Positions 56,191 through 64,000 of a stretch of 64,000 nt of DNA are shown in pieces. Every line of letters starts with the position of its first letter. Position 1 is the first letter of the stretch. The notes beneath the pieces were generated by a model. That model had not been told where the DNA came from. It saw only the letters and a list, made by a program, of their open reading frames with translations, and searched no databases. Source of the stretch: the human T2T-CHM13v2.0 reference genome, Homo sapiens; the NCBI RefSeq assembly GCF_009914755.1, contig NC_060929.1. One strand, written 5' to 3'. A program made the position numbers and the translations under genes.

Positions 56191-56774
56191 TAGCTTTCTA
56201 TCGTGTGAGCATGCTCTATCTGTCTTGCCCATTTCTCTGCTAGTGGACACGTGGGTTGTTTCTGGTTTGTCACTAATGTGCTGCTCAGGTCTGCATCCCA
56301 GTGCCTACGCGCCTGTGCTTTCCTAAGCCATATGCTCAGAGGTGAAGATGCGGGGTGACATAGTTCACACATTTCAGGTTAGAAAGATCCTGCCAAATTG
56401 TCTTCTGCGGTAGCAGCACTGGCTTACCCTCTAACCAGCAGCATGTGTGAAACTTTTCCCCCGCCATCTCACCAACTTTGCCCAGTTACCACATTATTTC
56501 ATCGTGCCAGTGTCCTGGAGGAGAAATGGCATATCTGTTGTAATCTGCATTTCCCCCCTGATTTTCAGTGCTCTTTCTAATGCTCTCTTCTCTCTCTAGT
56601 TTTGGGCCTTTTGTCCTAAGGGGAGCTTACTGAAGGGGAGTCTAGAGTCTTGCCTAGGACAAGTCAATTCTGACTCCATCGGCTTCACTTCTATTGCTAA
56701 GCAACGAACCACCCAAGTAGGCGCAGACTTGGAAATGGGCAAAGTTGAAAAAAACCTCTTAAGATGTACAGAAT

Positions 56775-57114
<340 letters not shown>

Positions 57115-57217
57115 TCAGAGAGCGGCAGGGAGGGGCCCATACATGGTGATCCACATGTCAGTGTACTGCTGTCCCTGTTCCACACAGCCCACCTCTCCTG
57201 CTGCTCTCTTTCTCCAG

Positions 57218-57386
57218 GACCCCGGTGCCATTTGGAGGACCCCTCGTGGGGGGCACTTTTCCCAGGCCAGGCACCCCCTTCATCCCGGAGCCCCTCAGTG
57301 GCTTGGAACTCCTCCGTCTCAGACCCAGCTTCAACAGAGTGGCCCAGGGCTGGGTCCGTAACCTCCCAGAGTCCGAGGAGCTGTAG
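57218..57386 (+). CDS. MYOZ3: Myozenin-3 last coding exon (KTPVPFGG...NLPESEEL*)
   Basis: ctttctccag|G; exon sum 61+155+54+154+163+169=756 nt = 251 aa + stop; C-terminal E[ST][DE][DE]L PDZ ligand typical of FATZ/myotilin proteins. Confidence 0.96.
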
Positions 57387-57526
57387 CCCTAGCCTGAATC
57401 TTCAGTTCCCCAGTCTCGGGGGCCTGGTAACATCCGGAGCCAAGACTTGTGGACAGCACTTCACAGTTGAAGAAGGGCCTTCACACACAAAACCTGATTG
57501 CAAATGGCTTCAGAGGTCACCAAGTT

Positions 57527-57990
57527 CAGTCGTCCCAAAACATGGGTGTGTTTCAAAATTACCTGGGGATGTTGTTCCAAATCCAGACAACTGGACTGTC
57601 CCAGACTTGCAGCATCAGAGTCTCCTGAGTCGAGGAATCTGTATTATTAATAGCAACCAGGGCCGGGTGTCGTGGCTCACGCCTGTCATCCCAGCACTTT
57701 GGGAGGCCGAGGCAGGAGGATCACCTGAGGTCAGGAGTTTGAGACCAGTCTGGCCAAAATAGTGGAACCCCGTCGCTACTAAAAATACAAAAATGAGTCG
57801 GACATGGTGGTGCATGCCTGTAATCCCAGCTACTTGGGAGGCTGAGACAGGAGAATCACTTGAACTAGGAGGCAGAGGTTGCAGTGAGCCGAGATTGCGC
57901 CACTGCACCCCAGCCTGGACAACAGAGTGAGACTCCTTCTCAAAAGTAAATAAATAAATAGCAACCAGTACTCCAGGTGATTCCAGCATA
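57527..57990. mobile_element. MER5-like element in the MYOZ3 3'UTR, split by an Alu
   Basis: ttcaaaattacctggggatg...ggaatctgtatt [Alu] ctccaggtgattc. Confidence 0.55.
57661..57960 (+). mobile_element. Alu in the MYOZ3 3'UTR
   Basis: TSD AATAGCAACCAG at 57649-57660 and 57957-57968. Confidence 0.95.
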
Positions 57991-58809
57991 ACTTATCCAT
58001 GGTTTGTGTCATTAGGAGTCCACATCCACACCTCTGCTCTTTCCTGTTCCTGTAGTGTACACTCCCCCGGTGACAGGGTGCTCACTGGCACCCCATCTTC
58101 CTGTGAATAACTCAAATAATTAGAAAATGTTCCTTTTACTGAGATGCAGTTGGTCTTCATCTATTCATGCTCTAAACAGTTCCTAAGCGCTGACTGTGCG
58201 CTAGACACTGCCAGGCCCGGGCCTCGAGGAGGAAAAGACAGTAGGGAAGACATTATAGAGCATGAAGTCACCATAATTTTCCCTAAAGCATGCTTATTGA
58301 CAATTGAGGAACAAAGTGTTGTGGAGCAGAAGAAGGAGTCCCTCACCCTAGGTGTGAGATGGGATTCTGGAAGCTTCCTGAAGGATTTGAGTGGGACCTT
58401 GTGGGAGGCGTGAGAGTCCATGAAGGGGGTGTGAGGGGGAGGGTATTTCTGGAAAGTGGACCAGCATGTGCAAAAATATGGAACTGAGCACGGGTGCAGG
58501 GTGTTCTGCAGAAGGGAGAAGGCTGTGCTAGAGGAGCCAGTGAGGGCCAGCATGGGGTGGGCTTCACTAAGGAAATGGGGAAGGTTTTAGTGATGGGTCT
58601 TGCTGGGTGCTGTGTGGGGCGCATATTGGAGAAGGGTAATGCCAGAAGCCAGGAAGCCTGCAAGGGATGAGGCCATGGGAATGGAGAGAAGGGGCCACCC
58701 ACTGGGCACCTAACAGGACAGGTGCAAAGTGGGGTGCTTATTAAGATTCCTTCTTTCCACTCCATTTTGAGCAGGCTGCTTAAAGTGGTGGTGATGATGA
58801 TGATGATGA

Positions 58810-59290
58810 TGGCAGCTTTATATCGAGTGCCTCAGTGCTTGGGCTGGTAGTAGTTTCTCTACATATCTTATTTCTAATTCTCAGAACAACCCTGAGAGAA
58901 AGATATTGTTGTCCCCACTTTACAGATGTGGATATTTAGGCCAAAAGGAGGAAGTGACTTGTCCAGGGGCAGACACCAAATGGGAATCTGATTCCAGTGG
59001 ATGTCTCTTTTCAGTGCACTGGGTGGTCAATGCCCACTCGCTCTGAAATCATCTGACTGTGATGCCCTGCCTTGGAGTTTAGAAGTTGAGTGCAGGCTTG
59101 GGAGTCAGACTGGATGGGGTAGGTTCTAACTCTGCCACTGCTAGCCGGATGAACTTGAGCAAGTCATTTCACATCTCCGAGCCTCTGTTTCTCCAAGTGT
59201 AAGATGAGGACAAGTATAAAACCTCCTTTATGGGTTTGTTGTGAACACAGTGCAGGGCACATTTATAATAAGAGCTCAGTCAATGGTAGG
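58810..59290. mobile_element. Two MIR SINEs in opposite orientation in the MYOZ3 3'UTR
   Basis: ccccactttacagatgtggatatttagg (minus) and cttgagcaagtcatttcacatctccgagcctctgtttc (plus). Confidence 0.65.
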
Positions 59291-59853
59291 TTTCATGCAA
59301 CTGCTGCTCTAGGCTGGAAAAGTTGTTCTTGCACTGGATGCAGCATGAGAAGCTGGCTGCTAAGATGTCACTGGGGGTCACTAAAGCTGAAGCCTGAAGG
59401 AAAGCCTCTCATTGCTGTAGAGCTCTCCCTGCCTCTCTCTCTGGGGGCGATGGGGAAGGTCAGGAGTCCAGCCCATTCCCAGGGTGTGTGGGATAGCGAT
59501 TGCATTTTCCTTTTGCTCTGGAGTTTCACTCCCCTTCTGGGTCCCAAGGGCCCAATGGCCTGACTTTTAGAATTGCTTGCAATTGGTGTTTTCTCTTGAA
59601 TTTGGGGGCTGCCATTTAAAGCCAGGTTTCCATGAGCTGAAGACCAGCCATTCAAGAATCTGAAAAGTAGACAAGAGGACTCCAGTTGCCTCAGGTTGGT
59701 TCTGCTGTGCTCTGGAAAGTAACTGCAGCCACCAGGTATGAAAAGGAGCCTGGTGGGGAGACCACTGCACCCAAAACAAATCCTTTCTTCTTCTGAGAAT
59801 GTGACTTTTTCTGGTGTTGTAAAAAAGAAAAAAAAAAGAATGCTCATTGTAAA

Positions 59854-59859
59854 AATAAA
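59854..59859 (+). terminator. MYOZ3: Candidate MYOZ3 poly(A) signal
   Basis: AATAAA within an A-rich tract ~2.5 kb after the stop; the A-rich context could also cause internal priming. Confidence 0.5.
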
Positions 59860-60206
59860 AAAATAATAATAAGCAAGGAGTAAAATGTGAAGTGTCTGCC
59901 CACATAGTCCTCCCACATACATATGTACACCTTCCTACCTCTGCCATTCCTACACACCAGAGGTAACCACTGATGACAATTTGGTCCTTCTAGAATTGTA
60001 GAATTATTTGAATGGATAAATATGTGCATGTGTATATAGATGCATACCCACATAGGCATGTCTTTGTTTTAATGGAATCATACTATATGGATTGTTCTGT
60101 ATCATGCTGCTTTATTTAAGAAGTAAAATTTGGATCCTGAAAAAGCAAATCACTCACCTTTCATGTAATTTGAGATTACATGGAATAAATTATAAGAAAT
60201 CTTTCA

Positions 60207-60569
<363 letters not shown>

Positions 60570-61497
60570 TTAAATCATACAGTGATATGGAAATGAAAAG
60601 GACTAAGAATAGCCAAAACGCAGAGAAACGTGGCATTAGACATAGCAACAACGAACTATAGTTTCATGCAACAATGTGGATGCATCTCAGGAACGTAATG
60701 GTAAGCAAAGGAAGGCAAATGTTTCCTGATGGAAGAAAATATTTAATATAAAAGTCAGAATAGTGGTAACTTTGGGAGTGGGGAGGGGTTTGTGAATGTG
60801 AAGGGACCCATCAAATGCTTCTAGGGTAGCTGGAAAAATTCTGTTTCTAGACCTGGGCGATTGTTACATAGATGTTCACTTTACAATATTTAAGTTAGTT
60901 GTACACCTGTGTGTTTTGCACTTTTCTGCACATGTACATATTTTATCAAAATAATCCCTCCTTTTAAAATGGGAATGAACAGGTTAATAGGACATGAGAC
61001 ATACCTGAAGAGAGAATTAGTGAGCTAAAAGTGCCCATAATGCATCTCAGAGAGTTAAAGAGATGGAAAATATGAGAGAGAAGTTAAAAGAGATGGAGAA
61101 TAAAATGACAATGCCCAACACTACTAATGTTGACACTTTCCGGCAATAATGGAAAAATGTCTTCAAGGAGTGAGAGCACAATACATTGATTTTCAGACAA
61201 ATAAGTATTAAGAGAGTTTTCTACTGACCCCTGAAAAAACAACAAAGAACATACTTCAGGAAGGACCCAGAAAGAAAGTATAGAATCTAAGCAGCACTAG
61301 TGAGCAGAGAAATGGTAAGCATGTGACTAAGTCCTAAAACATGATCAATCCAATAGATGACAGGAAGGATGAAGAAGAAACACAAGCACATAAAATAAAG
61401 CGGTATAATTACTTTCAAACATATCAGTTATCATAGTAACTGTAATATTTACATTTAGACAGTACTCACCAGTTTAAAGATAAAGACTTGTGGATTG

Positions 61498-61798
61498 GGC
61501 TGGGTGCGGTGGCTCACGCCTGTAATCCCAGCACTTTGGGAGACCAAGGCAGCAGATCACGAGGTCAGGAGATCGAGACCATCCTGGCTAACACGGTGAA
61601 ACCATGTCTCTACTAAAAATACAAAAAATTAGCCGGGCGTGGTGGTGGGCGCTTGTGGTCCCAGCTACTCAGGAGGCTGAGGCAGGAGAACGGCGTGAAC
61701 CTGGGAGGCGGAGCTTGCAGTGAGCCAAGATCATGCCACAGCACTCCAGCCTGGGTGAAAGAGCAAGACTCCGTCTTAAAAAAAAAAAAAAAAAAAAA
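61498..61798 (+). mobile_element. Alu (AluY-like)
   Basis: GAGACCATCCTGGCTAACACGG and GGCGTGAACC diagnostics; TSD AAAGACTTGTGGATTGG. Confidence 0.93.
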
Positions 61799-61892
61799 GA
61801 CTTGTGGATTGGACGAAGATAATTTCAGTTCTGTGCTGTTCATAAGCAATATCCCTAAAATATGTGGCACAGAAATGAAATAAAAAAATTGT

Positions 61893-62060
61893 CTGACGCA
61901 GTGGCTCACGCCTGTAATCCCAGAGGCGGGAGGATCACTTGAGGTCAGGAGTTTGAGGTTGCAGTGAGCTATGATCATGCCATTGCACTCCAGAATGGGC
62001 AATCGAGACCCTGTCTCAAAAAAAAGAAAGAAAAAGAGAAAGAGAGAGAGAAAGAAAGAA
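61893..62060 (+). mobile_element. Alu monomer (FAM/FRAM-like)
   Basis: Single arm with purine-rich tail. Confidence 0.8.
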
Positions 62061-63057
62061 ATACTATCCAAAAGAAATGTGTTTTAGCCATATTAACATC
62101 AGACAAAGTAGACTTGATGGCAAAAAGTATTATTGTGATAAAGCAGATCTTCACAGTGTAAGAATAAACCCATAGTCACAGAGGAAGATTTAACACATTT
62201 TTTTCAATTATCGATGGGTTAGCAGACAAATAATTAGTAAGGATACAGAAGATATGAAAAATACAATGAAAAAGTAGCGTCCTGCACCACCAGATTACTC
62301 ATTCTAACTACATATACTTTAAAAAACTGAATATACAAAATTCAAAACTTTTGTGCATCGAAGAATACTATCAAGAGGGTGAAAAGAGAACCCACAGAAT
62401 AGGAGATGATAACTCAAAGAATAAATATCAATGAAACTAGGGATATAAATTAATAATTTAATAAATAAAAAACAAATAAGTGAAGAAAAAGGGACAAAAC
62501 TTCCTTTTTCCTTGTAGAAGACTTTCAAATAATGTCTGTAGACAGTTGCCCCCTTAGAAGGTGGAGGTTAATTCCCATCCTATTGATTATAGACTGAACT
62601 TAACCAACTTGTTTCCAAAGAATAGAGCATAGGAAGAGAAAAATTGTGACTTTACAAAGGAGAAGCCTGGAAGACATTCCCTTAACAAAGTAATCAAGGT
62701 TAACATCATCAGTGATACTCAGATTTCTGATATGAAGTGATGAGAAGGGCACTTGCTCTTTTGATATTGTTCCTCAAATCCTTAACCCCAGTCTAATCAT
62801 GTGATAACATCAGAAAAACCCAGATGAGCAACATTCTACGAAAACACCTGACTGGTACTTTTAAAACCTACCACAGCATGAAAAACAAGGAAAGACCAAT
62901 CAACTATCACAGATTGGAGGAGACTGGGAGACATTACAACTAAGTGTCATGTGGAAGCCTAGACTGAATTCTGAAACAGAAAAAAAGGACAGAAAAAAAA
63001 ATGGTGAAATCCAAATAAAAACTTAGTTAATAGTATGGTACCTACGTTAATTTCTTA

Positions 63058-63371
<314 letters not shown>

Positions 63372-63398
63372 AATTTCTTAGTTTTGAAAAACATACTA

Positions 63399-64000
<602 letters not shown>

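Overview
Human (primate) genomic DNA, GC-rich and dense in Alu, MIR and L2 repeats. The proteins identify it as the SYNPO-MYOZ3 locus (known to be at 5q33.1). Both genes are on the + strand in tandem. SYNPO (synaptopodin) has candidate non-coding first exons at the CpG island (donor 5436) and at ~21177-21371, then a large exon from 28460. That exon encodes the 685-aa short form (ATG 28792 to TAA 30849, read through an internal donor; first downstream AATAAA at 34622). It can also splice 30819->36922 to give the 903-aa long form (stop 37605; AATAAA 39697). About 2 kb further on, MYOZ3 (myozenin-3/calsarcin-3/FATZ-3) has a non-coding exon 1 and six coding exons that reconstruct to exactly 251 aa ending in ESEEL. 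Most ORFs in the supplied track are Alu or GC-content artefacts. I see no prokaryotic-type system and no foreign insert. The most notable observations are: three short motif families shared by the adjacent SYNPO and MYOZ3 proteins; an old ~290-bp local duplication; a cryptic KGAYTGG array over the short-isoform poly(A) site; a 3'UTR G-quadruplex; and uORF, near-cognate-start and internal-promoter options for SYNPO. Repeat boundaries and subfamilies were judged by eye and are approximate.
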